NCBI GenBank assembly: GCA_013205405.1
Contig: JABMMZ010000065.1
Coordinates: forward strand, 3,252 to 67,251
Source of the DNA: Bacteroidota bacterium
Lineage (GTDB): Bacteria; Bacteroidota; Bacteroidia; NS11-12g; UBA955
DNA: 64,000 nucleotides
Reading direction: 5' to 3'
Positions 37,119 to 47,634 of this stretch are shown here, one piece after another (the stretch's first letter is position 1; each line of letters opens with the position of its first letter). Both the position numbers and the translations under genes were made by a program. The notes under the pieces are model-generated. The model was not told the origin of the DNA. It ran no database searches and worked only from the letters and a program-made list of their open reading frames with translations.

Positions 37119-38864
37119 TTATCCCTTTCTTTCACCTATTTGCTGACGCCACATAGCATAATACAGTCCTTTTTCTAGTAATAATTCCTCGTGTTTGCCA
37201 TGTTCTATAATTTTCCCATGCTCAAGTATAAATATTTTATCAGCATGCATAATAGTGCTTAATCTATGAGCTATGATTATAGTTATGGTGCTATGATTGG
37301 TGTTAAGATTTTTTATGGTAGAGGTAATTTCTTCTTCTGTAATACTGTCTAGTGAACTTGTAGCTTCATCAAACACCAATAAACTTGGATTGCGCAATAA
37401 AGCCCTGGCAATAGATAAACGTTGTTTTTCGCCTCCACTCACTTTTACACCGCCCTCGCCTATCATTGTATCAATGCCATTATCGGCTCGAGCCAATAAT
37501 TTTTGGCAACTCGCTTTTTCTAATACATCTCTTATTTGTTCGTCTGTAGCATGAGGATTTACAAATAGTAAATTTTCTTTGATAGTACCCGAAAACAACT
37601 GTGTATCTTGGGTTACAAAGCCTATTTTTTCTCTCAATTCATTTAAGTCTATCGCTTTACCATCTATTCCATCGTATAAGAGTTTGCCTTCCATAGGCTG
37701 GTATAATCCTACTAAAAGTTTTACCAAAGTGGTTTTACCTGAGCCACTAGGACCCACAAAGGCAATGGTTTCGCCTTTATTTACTTTGAAATTAATGTTT
37801 TCTAATGCAGTCGTTTTTGCACTTTGGTGTTTAAAAGACACATTTTGAAATTCAAAATTATCTAGTTTATCTAAAACACTCGGCATGGTTGGTTTAAACT
37901 CTATGGGTGTTTCAATTAAATTTTTAAAGTTTTCTAAACTTACTTCAGCCTCACGGTGAATAAGAATAATATTACCCAACTCTTGCAAAGGATTGAATAA
38001 AAAGAAGGAATAAAATAGAAAAGTGAAATATTTTCCTGGTGTTAAATTGCCTTGAAAAATAAGATACAATAATAAAAATACCATAATACTTCTTACAAAT
38101 TGAACAGTAGTACCTTGCAGAAAACTTAAACTGCGAATATACTTTACCTTTTTTAATTCTAAACCTAAGATTTTAAAAGTTGTATTGTTTAATCTATTAA
38201 TTTCTTGATTAGCCAAACCCAAACTTTTTACCAATTCTATATTTCTTAAACTCTCTGTAGTACTGCCTGCCAATGCTGTTGTTTCAACTACAATTTTCTT
38301 CTGCATTACTTTTATTTTCCTACTTAAAACAGAACTAATAAAACCAATAAAAATAATGGCAATAATATAAATAATAGTAACTTTCCAACTCACATTCAAG
38401 GAGTAAATCATTACAAAAACAATACCTACAATTGAGGTAAACAATATCCCAATAAATGATGTAATGAGTTTTTCAGAATCTGTTCTTACTTTTTGTAAAA
38501 TAGAAAGGGTTTCACCGCTTCTTTGATCTTCAAAAGTTTGATAAGGGAGTTCTAAAGAATGTTTCAACCCATCAGCAAATACTTGCGCTCCTAACCTTTG
38601 TACAATAACACTGGTATAATAATCTTGAAAGTTTTTAGCAATACGCGAAACCATAGAAACGCCTACAGAACAAGCTATCCAAAACATCGCCAATTGCAAA
38701 AATCTATCTTTGGTTAAAGTTTTAATTGGTATAATTACTTCGTCTACCACATGGCCAGTAACCCAGGGGTCTAATAAGGAAAAACATTGATTGATAGTAG
38801 CCAATAAAAGCGCTACAAATACTGTTTTTTTTTGTTTTTTTAAATATTGAAATAAAATTTTCAT
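37119..38864 (-). CDS. ABC transporter, fused permease/ATP-binding protein (MsbA/exporter type)
   Basis: Six TM helices followed by an NBD with Walker A GPSGSGKTT, signature VSGGEKQR and Walker B LLVFDEATS. ATG 38864 (MKILFQYL) is preferred over the TTG at 38879. Confidence 0.9.
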   Translation of the reverse strand: MKILFQYLKKQKKTVFVALLLATINQCFSLLDPWVTGHVVDEVIIPIKTLTKDRFLQLAMFWIACSVGVSMVSRIAKNFQDYYTSVIVQRLGAQVFADGLKHSLELPYQTFEDQRSGETLSILQKVRTDSEKLITSFIGILFTSIVGIVFVMIYSLNVSWKVTIIYIIAIIFIGFISSVLSRKIKVMQKKIVVETTALAGSTTESLRNIELVKSLGLANQEINRLNNTTFKILGLELKKVKYIRSLSFLQGTTVQFVRSIMVFLLLYLIFQGNLTPGKYFTFLFYSFFLFNPLQELGNIILIHREAEVSLENFKNLIETPIEFKPTMPSVLDKLDNFEFQNVSFKHQSAKTTALENINFKVNKGETIAFVGPSGSGKTTLVKLLVGLYQPMEGKLLYDGIDGKAIDLNELREKIGFVTQDTQLFSGTIKENLLFVNPHATDEQIRDVLEKASCQKLLARADNGIDTMIGEGGVKVSGGEKQRLSIARALLRNPSLLVFDEATSSLDSITEEEITSTIKNLNTNHSTITIIIAHRLSTIMHADKIFILEHGKIIEHGKHEELLLEKGLYYAMWRQQIGERKG

Positions 38865-39062
38865 GAAATACGGGTGCAAAGGTATCTTTTATTTTTAGAG
38901 ATATAATAATAGTTATTTGCTATTGGGTAAATGTTATTGGTTATTAAGGATTATGTTTTTGTTATTGGTTACTAAGTTATTTCGGACACTGAGCTTGTTG
39001 AAGTTTATTAGTAATTGGGTTATACAGAAAAAAATGTATTTTTGATGTAGGATTTACTAAAA

Positions 39063-39440
39063 TTGAAGCGAAAATTATTTATTTTATATTTATTGTTATT
39101 TTGTTTTGCAACTTGTAAGAAGAATCCTTATCCATTCCTTACTTTAGGCATAGATTTACAATCAGGATTTAATCATGATAAAGTTCAAGTATTTATTGAC
39201 AATAATTTAATAACTGATAATACTTTCACGACTATGGCTATTTTAGACGTTTGAAAAAATGGTCAATTTAAAACAGAAAAAATATATGGAACTTATACTT
39301 TAAAAGTAATAATAAATTAGAAAATTTTAAAAACGGAAGCCGTTACTTTAAATAAAAATAAGTACTTAGGTATTAGGTTTGATAAAACCAATAATCAAGT
39401 GCTTTTTAATATTTCTGAAACACCGTTTTTATATAAATAA
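39063..39440 (+). pseudogene. small lipoprotein gene interrupted by two in-frame stop codons
   Basis: The start MKRKLFILYLLLFCFATCKK contains a lipobox. The frame continues coherently through TGA (39252-39254) and TAG (39318-39320) to TAA (39438-39440): ...ILDV*KNGQFKTEKIYGTYTLKVIIN*KILKTEAVTLNKNKYLGIRFDKTNNQVLFNISETPFLYK*. Confidence 0.55.
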
Positions 39441-39478
39441 GAAATTATTGAATTAAAATGGGGTAATAATTAATATAC

Positions 39479-41980
39479 TTAAAGTTCAATCGTTTTTAAA
39501 TATTTCACATATTCTAACACACATTTAATATCCGAATAGCTAATATCCTCTGGCATTTCTGCTTTAATAGCAGTTAATGATGCAACAGGTTTGTTTGTTA
39601 TAAATGCTTGTACCTTGTCTATTTTCTCTTGTGCTACAAGTTTGTTTATTTCTATTTCTCCTGTGCCTATATAATGCACCAAATGACCTTCTATTGTAAA
39701 TGGGCTAAAACCTCTTTCTTTGGCTATTTCTTCTATGCTTTTACCTTGCTTAAATAAATCAAAACTGACACTCTTAGTATCTGCTTTTGCTGGTTTTGCC
39801 ATCATAGGCATCTCTTCTTGTGTATTGACATACTTTATCTTATCAATTTTATTATCAATACAAAAGGTTTTTACCATTTCTAAAATATCTTTTCCAAACT
39901 GTGTAATTTTCTTTTTTCCTAAGCCTTTTATTTTTGCTAACTCTGCTGTATTAATAGGTAATTTACTTACTATTTCTAAAAAGGTATTTTGTGGCATTAC
40001 CAAATATTCTGCTTGGCCTTGCTCATCGGCTAACTTGGTGCGCCAATGTTTTATGGCAATATATAAATCTGTGTTGGGTGTTCCTTTGGGCACAAAAATA
40101 TTGGCTCTTTTTGTTTGCAACAATGCCGTAAAATCTATATCTGCATTGGCTTTTATTTGTATATATTTATTTACATTAAAACCATTCATGGCTAGTACCA
40201 AGCATTTGTGTTTTACAAAGGCTGCTTTTTCTAATTCTAAAATAGCATCTTTTATAGTAATACGCACACCCTTGTTATCCGATTCGTATTGCAATGCCTT
40301 AATTTTGAGTAATAAAATATCAAATTTTTCTTTGAAATAAGTGCTCGCTTTTATAATACGCTCCTTCAAAGGTTCATTGTTTTCTACAATAGCATTTTGT
40401 GTTAGCAATTCATTAATTTGACTATTAAATTTTTGTGCAACAGTCAATATTTCTAATTCTAATATTTCTAATATTTTAATTAAATCTTCTGCATTATTTG
40501 GCACTAATAAAAAAGCATTTTGCTCTACCATTTTGGTGCAATGTTTGGCTTCTTTATTAATATCTATAAAGTTGAATAGCTCCTTTACCAAGATTTGCTG
40601 AAAGGCCGATTTAGATTCATTCAAAAAGGTTTCATCTGGCAAATTTCTTTCTATTTCTTGCGTGTATTTGGCTACTACTACATCAGTTTTAATACTAGCT
40701 TGAGGAATAGGCGAGCGCAATACAATACCTTCAAAGGTTTTGCATCTACTAAGCGCTACATATACTTGGCCATGCGCAAAGGCTGAACCAGCATCTATAA
40801 TCACTTTTTCAAATGTTAAACCTTGGCTTTTATGTATAGTAATAGCCCAAGCCAATTTAAGCGGGTATTGTTTAAACGAACCTATAATTTCTTCATTAAT
40901 CTCTTTGGTATCTGTGTTTAAGGCATACTTTATATTTTGCCATTCCTCTCTACCTACTGCTATTGTATTGCTATCATTTTCGCATTTTACATAAATTACC
41001 CCATCTTCTATTTTGGTAATTTTACCTATTTTTCCATTGAAATAATTCTTATCTTTACTACTATCATTTTTCACAAACATTACTTGCGCATTTACCTTTA
41101 GTTCCAAATTTTCATCTGTAGGATACGCATAACTTGGAAAATCTTTAGCTATGTCTGCTTTATAAAAATAGGAATTACCTGCTAATTCTGTCAGTTTCTT
41201 TTGATTTATTTGTTGCGAAGTGGCATTATGACTGGTAAGGGTAATATAGCCTTCGTCATCTGAAGGTTTAAAGTTTGGAATATACCTTTCATTCAGCTCT
41301 TTTAATGTATTATAATCCATATTATTATCGCGAACACTGTTTAGCATTTGAATAAAATAAGCATCACTTTGGCGGTAAATATGTTTCAACTCAATACATA
41401 CCGGAAATGTATCTTGCAAGGCTCTGCTGCTAAAAAAATAGCCTGTGTCATAATATTGTTTTAATATTTGCCATTCATCATCTTTTATAACAGGCGATAA
41501 TTGATGAAGATCGCCAATCATTAAAAGTTGTACTCCACCAAAAGGCAAATGATGGTTTTTAAACTTACGTAATACCTCATCTATACCATCTAGCATATCT
41601 GCACGCACCATACTTATTTCGTCTATTACAAGTAAATCTAAACTTTGAATAAGGTTTATTTTTTCTCTGTTAAATTTTTTAACAAGGCCTTTTTCTGATG
41701 GGGTATAATTACCTGATTGGCGCAATAAATATTCAGGTACTTGGGGACCAAATGACAATTGAAAAAATGAATGAATAGTAACCCCACCGGCATTAATAGC
41801 AGCCACACCAGTAGGCGCTACAATGGCCATACGCTTGGGTGATGTTTTTTTAAGATAATGTAAAAAAGTAGTTTTGCCGGTACCTGCCTTCCCTGTTAAA
41901 AAAATATTTTTATTGGTAAATTGAACAAAATCTGACGCTAATTTAAGTTGTGGATTGGTATCAAAAGAGGAGGCTATCAT
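39479..41980 (-). CDS. PIF1/RecD-family SF1 helicase with a C-terminal HRDC domain and HTH domain
   Basis: 833 aa with Walker A GKAGTGKTT, Walker B LLVIDEISMV, the late helicase motifs ITIHKSQGLTF and YVALSRC, an HRDC-like segment (IKHWRTKLADEQG...IKGLGKKKI), and a terminal HTH (SIEEIAKERGFSPFTIEGHL). Confidence 0.85.
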   Translation of the reverse strand: MIASSFDTNPQLKLASDFVQFTNKNIFLTGKAGTGKTTFLHYLKKTSPKRMAIVAPTGVAAINAGGVTIHSFFQLSFGPQVPEYLLRQSGNYTPSEKGLVKKFNREKINLIQSLDLLVIDEISMVRADMLDGIDEVLRKFKNHHLPFGGVQLLMIGDLHQLSPVIKDDEWQILKQYYDTGYFFSSRALQDTFPVCIELKHIYRQSDAYFIQMLNSVRDNNMDYNTLKELNERYIPNFKPSDDEGYITLTSHNATSQQINQKKLTELAGNSYFYKADIAKDFPSYAYPTDENLELKVNAQVMFVKNDSSKDKNYFNGKIGKITKIEDGVIYVKCENDSNTIAVGREEWQNIKYALNTDTKEINEEIIGSFKQYPLKLAWAITIHKSQGLTFEKVIIDAGSAFAHGQVYVALSRCKTFEGIVLRSPIPQASIKTDVVVAKYTQEIERNLPDETFLNESKSAFQQILVKELFNFIDINKEAKHCTKMVEQNAFLLVPNNAEDLIKILEILELEILTVAQKFNSQINELLTQNAIVENNEPLKERIIKASTYFKEKFDILLLKIKALQYESDNKGVRITIKDAILELEKAAFVKHKCLVLAMNGFNVNKYIQIKANADIDFTALLQTKRANIFVPKGTPNTDLYIAIKHWRTKLADEQGQAEYLVMPQNTFLEIVSKLPINTAELAKIKGLGKKKITQFGKDILEMVKTFCIDNKIDKIKYVNTQEEMPMMAKPAKADTKSVSFDLFKQGKSIEEIAKERGFSPFTIEGHLVHYIGTGEIEINKLVAQEKIDKVQAFITNKPVASLTAIKAEMPEDISYSDIKCVLEYVKYLKTIEL

Positions 41981-42002
41981 TAAAACAATTTTTTATGCTT
42001 CA

Positions 42003-42010
42003 CAAAAGTA
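42003..42010 (-). promoter_or_regulatory. -7 promoter element (TAnnTTTG) for the helicase gene
   Basis: The minus strand reads TACTTTTG, 22 nt upstream of ATG 41980. Confidence 0.4.
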
Positions 42011-42043
42011 CAATATTATTTCACTTGCCTGCAAAGAAATTAA

Positions 42044-43819
42044 TTAATCCCAATTTCCAGAATACTCACAAGGATTATCTATTCTTATAATCAATAACGC
42101 ATCTATAGGCTGCATTTTTTGTTTATCCTTATTCCATATAAATATTTTGGCAGTATGGTGCTTTTCTATTTTTTCAGATTTAATAATATCTTTAAGCTTG
42201 GCTGATAATATACTATTAGGCTTTAAAGGTATAGAACGCCAATCTATTCTTTCATTTTTATCATATAGTTCCATTACCAATTCGGCATTATTTATTGTAG
42301 AATCTAACTGTGGTATTAGTTCTAAGAACATATTTTTAGTTATGCCTTCTTCTAATAAATTAAAACTAAAAGACCGGCTCCACTCCTCATTTTTAGTAAA
42401 AGTAAATTGAAAATTATTCACTCTTTTATACAGTGGCGAATTATTTGCTTCATTTTTTAGTGCATAAAAAGTATATGAAAAATTAAAATCCTTGGCATAC
42501 AAATATGGAAATTGTTCGCCTACTTGGTGCATTTTTTCTGGCGGTAATTCATTGCAAATAATAGTATTGTAATGGCTTGTGTTAAAATGTCTACTTGTAT
42601 CTGTAAATATTACTTTTAATGGATTTGAAGATTTTAAATTATAAAAATTAAAGTAATTAGAATTGCCTTGCCAAAGTATTAAAATACTGTCATTCGGATT
42701 GTTTTTTAAGTATATATTAGATTGATTGATAAAGGCTTTAATTGGTGAAAAATACCGTTGTTTATAGAAATGCTTAGATAAAATTAAAGTGCCAATAGAA
42801 ATAAGCAACACAATAGAAATAAGGACTACTTTGGTGCTATTTTTTGAAAAAATATTTATTGAATTTCCCATTAAAATAAGAAGAAAAGGGGTAGAAAAAT
42901 ACAAGGCCGAAGCTTGTAAAACGGGTGCATTACAAACAGAGTATATCCATAAAATTAGAAAAGGCATTAGCCATAATAGTATCAAAAAAGAATACATCTT
43001 ACTATACTTTTTATATTGAGACAATGCGAGTATTAACAATACTACCGCTACTATTAAAAACACCACAGAAGAATTAAATAAATTTAAATAAAAACTACTA
43101 ATAAAATTTAATTCTGGCTTACCTAACCAACCCAAACCGCCCATACTCAATTGAAAAAACGTAATGCCTAAGTGCGGTAAAAAAAATATGATGCTCAAAC
43201 AAAAGCTCCCAATAAAATATTTAACATTGATATTTTTATAAAACATTAGAAAGACACCAAACCATAACATTATGCTTTGTAAAAAACTAAAATAATGGGT
43301 ATAATAACTCAACGTGGAAAATAAGATGATTAATAGATAAAGGAAGGTCCATTTTTTTGTGTTTAAAACTTTTAGAATAAAGAAAAACAACCCTAAATTG
43401 AGGAATAAACCTATGCTGTATGGTCTTATATAGGCTTGTTGGGTTAAAAAATATTCTAAGCCAATAAATAAACAAGAAGCTAATATTGCAGCCTCCATTT
43501 TGAATAAAATTTTAGTACTTTTATAAAGAAAAATAGTACTACCTATGCCCGCTAAAACAAAAACCAATTTCAATACCCACTCACTGTATCCAAAGCTTTT
43601 TATTAACCCCCACAAAAGGACTTGAATACCTGCAGGATGCCCATCTGGCTTAACGCCTAGTTGTATTAAATCATTAAATTTTAAAAATCTACATCGGTTT
43701 ATAGCACTTAACTCATCATGACTAAAAGGGATTTCTAAATAGCGGTAAAAAAGTAACGCACTATGACATACAATTAATGCAAAAAGAATCCAATTGTCTT
43801 TATTCGTTTTTGTCATCAT
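42044..43819 (-). CDS. polytopic membrane protein, GT-C/ArnT-like glycosyltransferase (family 39-like)
   Basis: 591 aa with about 10 TM helices in the N-terminal two-thirds, an acidic motif in the first loop (SHDELSA), and a soluble C-terminal domain. It overlaps the upstream gene by 17-20 nt. Confidence 0.45.
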   Translation of the reverse strand: MMTKTNKDNWILFALIVCHSALLFYRYLEIPFSHDELSAINRCRFLKFNDLIQLGVKPDGHPAGIQVLLWGLIKSFGYSEWVLKLVFVLAGIGSTIFLYKSTKILFKMEAAILASCLFIGLEYFLTQQAYIRPYSIGLFLNLGLFFFILKVLNTKKWTFLYLLIILFSTLSYYTHYFSFLQSIMLWFGVFLMFYKNINVKYFIGSFCLSIIFFLPHLGITFFQLSMGGLGWLGKPELNFISSFYLNLFNSSVVFLIVAVVLLILALSQYKKYSKMYSFLILLWLMPFLILWIYSVCNAPVLQASALYFSTPFLLILMGNSINIFSKNSTKVVLISIVLLISIGTLILSKHFYKQRYFSPIKAFINQSNIYLKNNPNDSILILWQGNSNYFNFYNLKSSNPLKVIFTDTSRHFNTSHYNTIICNELPPEKMHQVGEQFPYLYAKDFNFSYTFYALKNEANNSPLYKRVNNFQFTFTKNEEWSRSFSFNLLEEGITKNMFLELIPQLDSTINNAELVMELYDKNERIDWRSIPLKPNSILSAKLKDIIKSEKIEKHHTAKIFIWNKDKQKMQPIDALLIIRIDNPCEYSGNWD

Positions 43820-44474
43820 GGCATTCCATTGCTAATAAAAACCCTTCTGAAAAAGTAATATTTACAAAATCACTTTCTAATATTTTATTACTACTGCTGG
43901 TAGCATATGGAAATTCTAAAGTTTGATTATTTAGATTCCAAACTAAGTTAGTTGTTGTAATATTTTTAACTGTGTTAAGCGGCATAAGCGATAAATTATC
44001 ACCCTTGTTAAAGTGTTTTTTAAATCCACTTTGTATAGGATAAATACGCGAGTAATTATCGCACATTACTATCTTTATTTGCTGCCAATACCTAGCCATT
44101 ATAGCAATATTATTGAGGTAGTGGTCGCTTCTTTTACCTGTTGCCCATAGAATATTTACAGCTTCGTATTTTTTTTCTATCAAAAATTCAATCGCTTTTT
44201 CTAAATCGGTTTTATCTTGATAAGGTGTATGTTTAATTTCTGTTTTTGGGGGTACTTTTTGTGATAATTCCTCTATTGTGCAATTATCAAAATCGCCTAA
44301 TAAAACATCAAAATGAATACCCAAAGATAATACAGTATCTAAAGCCCCATCTAAAACAATAATATAAGGACTCCATTCTAACAGTTCGCCAATTAATTTA
44401 TTGGAGCAAACCTCTCCATTCGCAATAATTAATGCAGGTTCTTGACCCTCTTTTACAATATGATGCGAAGACAT
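43800..44474 (-). CDS. thiamine diphosphokinase
   Basis: 224 aa with the TPK motifs LLGDFDN, QDKTDLEKAI and GKRSDHYLNNI. Confidence 0.8.
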   Translation of the reverse strand: MSSHHIVKEGQEPALIIANGEVCSNKLIGELLEWSPYIIVLDGALDTVLSLGIHFDVLLGDFDNCTIEELSQKVPPKTEIKHTPYQDKTDLEKAIEFLIEKKYEAVNILWATGKRSDHYLNNIAIMARYWQQIKIVMCDNYSRIYPIQSGFKKHFNKGDNLSLMPLNTVKNITTTNLVWNLNNQTLEFPYATSSSNKILESDFVNITFSEGFLLAMECHDDKNE

Positions 44475-44489
44475 TTTAAAATGGCTTGG

Positions 44490-46925
44490 TTAGTTCACTT
44501 TTATAAATAACTGATGCCCTTTTTTATCTCCATATTGATATGAAATAAAATATTTACCATTATTTAAAGCTTCAGTATTTAGTATTGTTTTATTACTTTC
44601 TAATTTACCCTTCATTACTTCTTTTCCATTGATATCAAAAATAGTATAAGTGCCATTAGTAAATGTTTCATTGATATGAATTTTTAAAATATCGACACAA
44701 GGCGTTGGAAAAATTTTAGCTAATTGATTATCTACTTTATTAAAATTGATGCTTGTAGAGTTATTATTTACAACCCCTTTAAATACACCTCTTCCATGTG
44801 TAAAAAAGTAAATATCTTTATTATTAGGATGAATTTTTATACTACTAACTACAGTGCTTGGCACTCTTGTGTCTTTTATCCAAGTGGTGCCACTATCTTC
44901 GGTTACATAAAGACCATAATCTGTTCCCGCAAAAATAGTTTTGTAAGGATTCATAGGATCGCATTCTACCCAATTTACAGGTAAGCCTTTTGGTAAATTA
45001 CCACTCATATTTTTAAAAACTGGAGTTGTACTCAAAGCATTTTCTACTCTATATACTCTTCCCGAATCTGAAATATTATTTAAGGCAAGGTATAATTTAT
45101 TTCTTGTACCTGGAATTATTTTAATACAAGAAATGAATGACGTTCTGATTATATTTGGCATGTAAGTATTCAATTCAAATTTTTTGGGTACGACATTACT
45201 TATTGAATCTATTCCAACTAAACTTCTTTGACCCCCAACAAAAACTGCCGGATTATTACTGAGTGATGAAGCACTTGAAAAATATCTACTTCCTGATACG
45301 GTAGAGGTATGAAGTGTTCCAAAATTTAGACCCCCATTATTACTAAAATATATATTTTTATTCGCTGGGTAAGTTATTATATCTCCATTAAAAGCATTAA
45401 CATCATAAGGGTGAATGAACCACTTAGAATCTGAAGTACTTGGCAAATTATTAGCCATATTCACACTAGGATTATCTGAGCGATACAAAGCACCATTTTG
45501 AGTGGCATAATATTTTAAATTCTCGAGGTCAGCATGGTAAAATGCATAAGCACCATCTCCTCCATATATTTTAATAAAATCTGCTCCTGAGCTCAAATTT
45601 TCATTGGTACCATTATCTTGAGTTCCACCCATTATAAGACCTGAGTGGGGAGAAACTGCTCCTGCATAAAACTGTGTAATATTTAAGCCATTATTTAAAG
45701 ATATATAATTATTAAAGTCATTCCAACTATAGGTACAAATACCACCATCATTGCCATTTAAAATTTTATTATTAGATAAATTGATAGCCACATGATGGTC
45801 AGCGTGCATTTGATCAGCTTTTTTCCAAGTTTGAGCACCATCGGTAGAATATCCACAATTAACAGAACCTATAAAAATGCCATTGCTATCATTATCATTA
45901 ACAGCCATAGTTAAACAATACCAAGTAAATCCAAAATTAATAGTTCCATTTGGATTGCCAGTAACTTTAAAAGTTTTACCACCATCACTGCTTTTATAGA
46001 AATTACTCATTACACCTAAATAGCCGTTATCAGGACCAGAAATAGCCGCATAAACTACATTCGGATATTTTTTACAAAATGCAATTTCTCCTCTTGCTGT
46101 ACTAGAAGCTGAAATACTAGAAATATTAGTAAAAGTACCTAAATCGCCATTATCTGATGCCCAAACACCACCTCCTTTTATAGTAAAAATTACTTTACCA
46201 TTCGGGAGTATTTCAAAGTCGTTAATTTCGCTTCCTGAGCTATATATTTGGGTAAAACTTACACCACTGTTAGTGCTTTTAAATAGTCCTTTTGAATCTG
46301 TAGAAACATATAATACGTTAGTATCTTTAGGTGAACATTTGACAGCCCAATTGCTGTTAAAATTAGAATTGCTTGTACTTGGTAATTGATTAAATGTATT
46401 ACCACCATCTATACTTTTAAAAATGCCTGCTCCACCTAAATCAGCACTATTTCCAGAGCCTTCGCCTGTGCAATAGTATATAATATTGGGTAAAAAAGGG
46501 TTTTGGGTAATCCCAGTTACACTTGGCGTAAGTTGCTGATCGTTCAAAGCAGCCCAACTGCCGCCATTATTATTAGAAATAAAAATTCCTCCTGATACGC
46601 CTCCACAGATTAATCTGTTTGGATTGGCAATATCACAAATTACGCCTCTTGTTCTTCCACCAATATTATTAGGTCCAATTTCTGAAATAGAAACCAAGGC
46701 ATTTGAATTGCTTCTTTTAGCAGAATTATTAAGCCATGAAGCTAAATTTATTGCAGGTAGAATATTAGTACCATTGGTTTTCATGTACAACCATTGTTCA
46801 TAATAGCCTGGCTCTTTTTCGATTTCAACATTGGTCTTTTCTTCAATTTTAGTCGTAAATCCATTACAACCAATCAAAACTAGGGTGGATAAAACAAAAC
46901 ATAAACGGTAAATTTGTGTTAACAT
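44490..46925 (-). CDS. T9SS-secreted lipoprotein with sortilin/BNR-like beta-propeller repeats
   Basis: ATG 46925 gives MLTQIYRLCFVLSTLVLIGCNG (lipobox). Repeats SNNNGGSW, SIDGGNTF, STNSGVSF, SSDGGKTF, STDGAQTW and TEDSGTTW are present. The Por C-terminal domain reads IFPTPCVDILKI...GKYFISYQ. Confidence 0.8.
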   Translation of the reverse strand: MLTQIYRLCFVLSTLVLIGCNGFTTKIEEKTNVEIEKEPGYYEQWLYMKTNGTNILPAINLASWLNNSAKRSNSNALVSISEIGPNNIGGRTRGVICDIANPNRLICGGVSGGIFISNNNGGSWAALNDQQLTPSVTGITQNPFLPNIIYYCTGEGSGNSADLGGAGIFKSIDGGNTFNQLPSTSNSNFNSNWAVKCSPKDTNVLYVSTDSKGLFKSTNSGVSFTQIYSSGSEINDFEILPNGKVIFTIKGGGVWASDNGDLGTFTNISSISASSTARGEIAFCKKYPNVVYAAISGPDNGYLGVMSNFYKSSDGGKTFKVTGNPNGTINFGFTWYCLTMAVNDNDSNGIFIGSVNCGYSTDGAQTWKKADQMHADHHVAINLSNNKILNGNDGGICTYSWNDFNNYISLNNGLNITQFYAGAVSPHSGLIMGGTQDNGTNENLSSGADFIKIYGGDGAYAFYHADLENLKYYATQNGALYRSDNPSVNMANNLPSTSDSKWFIHPYDVNAFNGDIITYPANKNIYFSNNGGLNFGTLHTSTVSGSRYFSSASSLSNNPAVFVGGQRSLVGIDSISNVVPKKFELNTYMPNIIRTSFISCIKIIPGTRNKLYLALNNISDSGRVYRVENALSTTPVFKNMSGNLPKGLPVNWVECDPMNPYKTIFAGTDYGLYVTEDSGTTWIKDTRVPSTVVSSIKIHPNNKDIYFFTHGRGVFKGVVNNNSTSINFNKVDNQLAKIFPTPCVDILKIHINETFTNGTYTIFDINGKEVMKGKLESNKTILNTEALNNGKYFISYQYGDKKGHQLFIKVN

Positions 46926-46953
46926 ATTTTGCAAATATAATAAATATTAAATT

Positions 46954-47634
46954 ATGATAATTTTAAGTTTAAAAAGTATAACAAAAAGTATGGGAACAAT
47001 GTTTTCTTTAATATATTTGTTTTCCTGCAACGCATCCAATATCGGAACAAACAACATACAACATACTAATCAAACCAATATGAATGATACAAATTTGAAC
47101 AGAGATACTGCCACTTTTGCGGGTGGTTGCTTTTGGTGCATAGAAACTACAATGGCCAGATTGAAAGGTGTAGATACTGTAATAAGTGGATATACGGGTG
47201 GTAAAATAAAAAATCCTACATACAAAGAAATTTGTTCGGGATTAACAGGCCATGCCGAAGCTGTGCAGATAATTTATAACCCAGAGATTATAGATTACAA
47301 CACTTTAATGTCTGTTTTTTTTTCTATGCATAATCCTACTACGCTGAATAGACAAGGTGGAGACGTAGGCACACAATACCGTTCTTCCATTTTTTACGAT
47401 AACGATGCACAAAAGGACAGTGCTTTAGCTTTTATAAAAAAACTAACAGATGAGCAGGTTTTTAACGACCCAATTGTAACAGAGGTTGTACCCTTAACTG
47501 TATATTATAATGCAGAAGATTATCATCAAAACTATTATAACTTAAACAGAGAAAGTAATGGATATTGCACAGCTGTTATTGACCCAAAGGTTATAAAACT
47601 GAGAAAATCTTTCAGCCATTTATTAAAAGATTAA
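46954..47634 (+). CDS. msrA: peptide-methionine (S)-S-oxide reductase, exported or lipoprotein form
   Basis: Active-site motif FAGGCFWC plus GHAEAV and DYHQNY. The N-terminal extension carries a lipobox-like LFSC. The start may instead be the internal ATG 46990. Confidence 0.9.
   Translation: MIILSLKSITKSMGTMFSLIYLFSCNASNIGTNNIQHTNQTNMNDTNLNRDTATFAGGCFWCIETTMARLKGVDTVISGYTGGKIKNPTYKEICSGLTGHAEAVQIIYNPEIIDYNTLMSVFFSMHNPTTLNRQGGDVGTQYRSSIFYDNDAQKDSALAFIKKLTDEQVFNDPIVTEVVPLTVYYNAEDYHQNYYNLNRESNGYCTAVIDPKVIKLRKSFSHLLKD

Noticed and set aside
37107-37128. A short inverted repeat (aaaaggg ... cccttt) spanning the two stop codons of the convergent genes 34054-37116 and 37119-38864
   Set aside because: The stem is only 6 bp with a 9-nt loop. 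That is too weak to call a terminator with confidence.
39252-39254. The in-frame TGA as selenocysteine, or as evidence for a reassigned genetic code
   Set aside because: TGA and TAG terminate many well-supported genes in this window at the expected protein lengths. No SECIS-like hairpin follows the TGA, and the same ORF also contains an in-frame TAG. A decayed gene is the simpler explanation.
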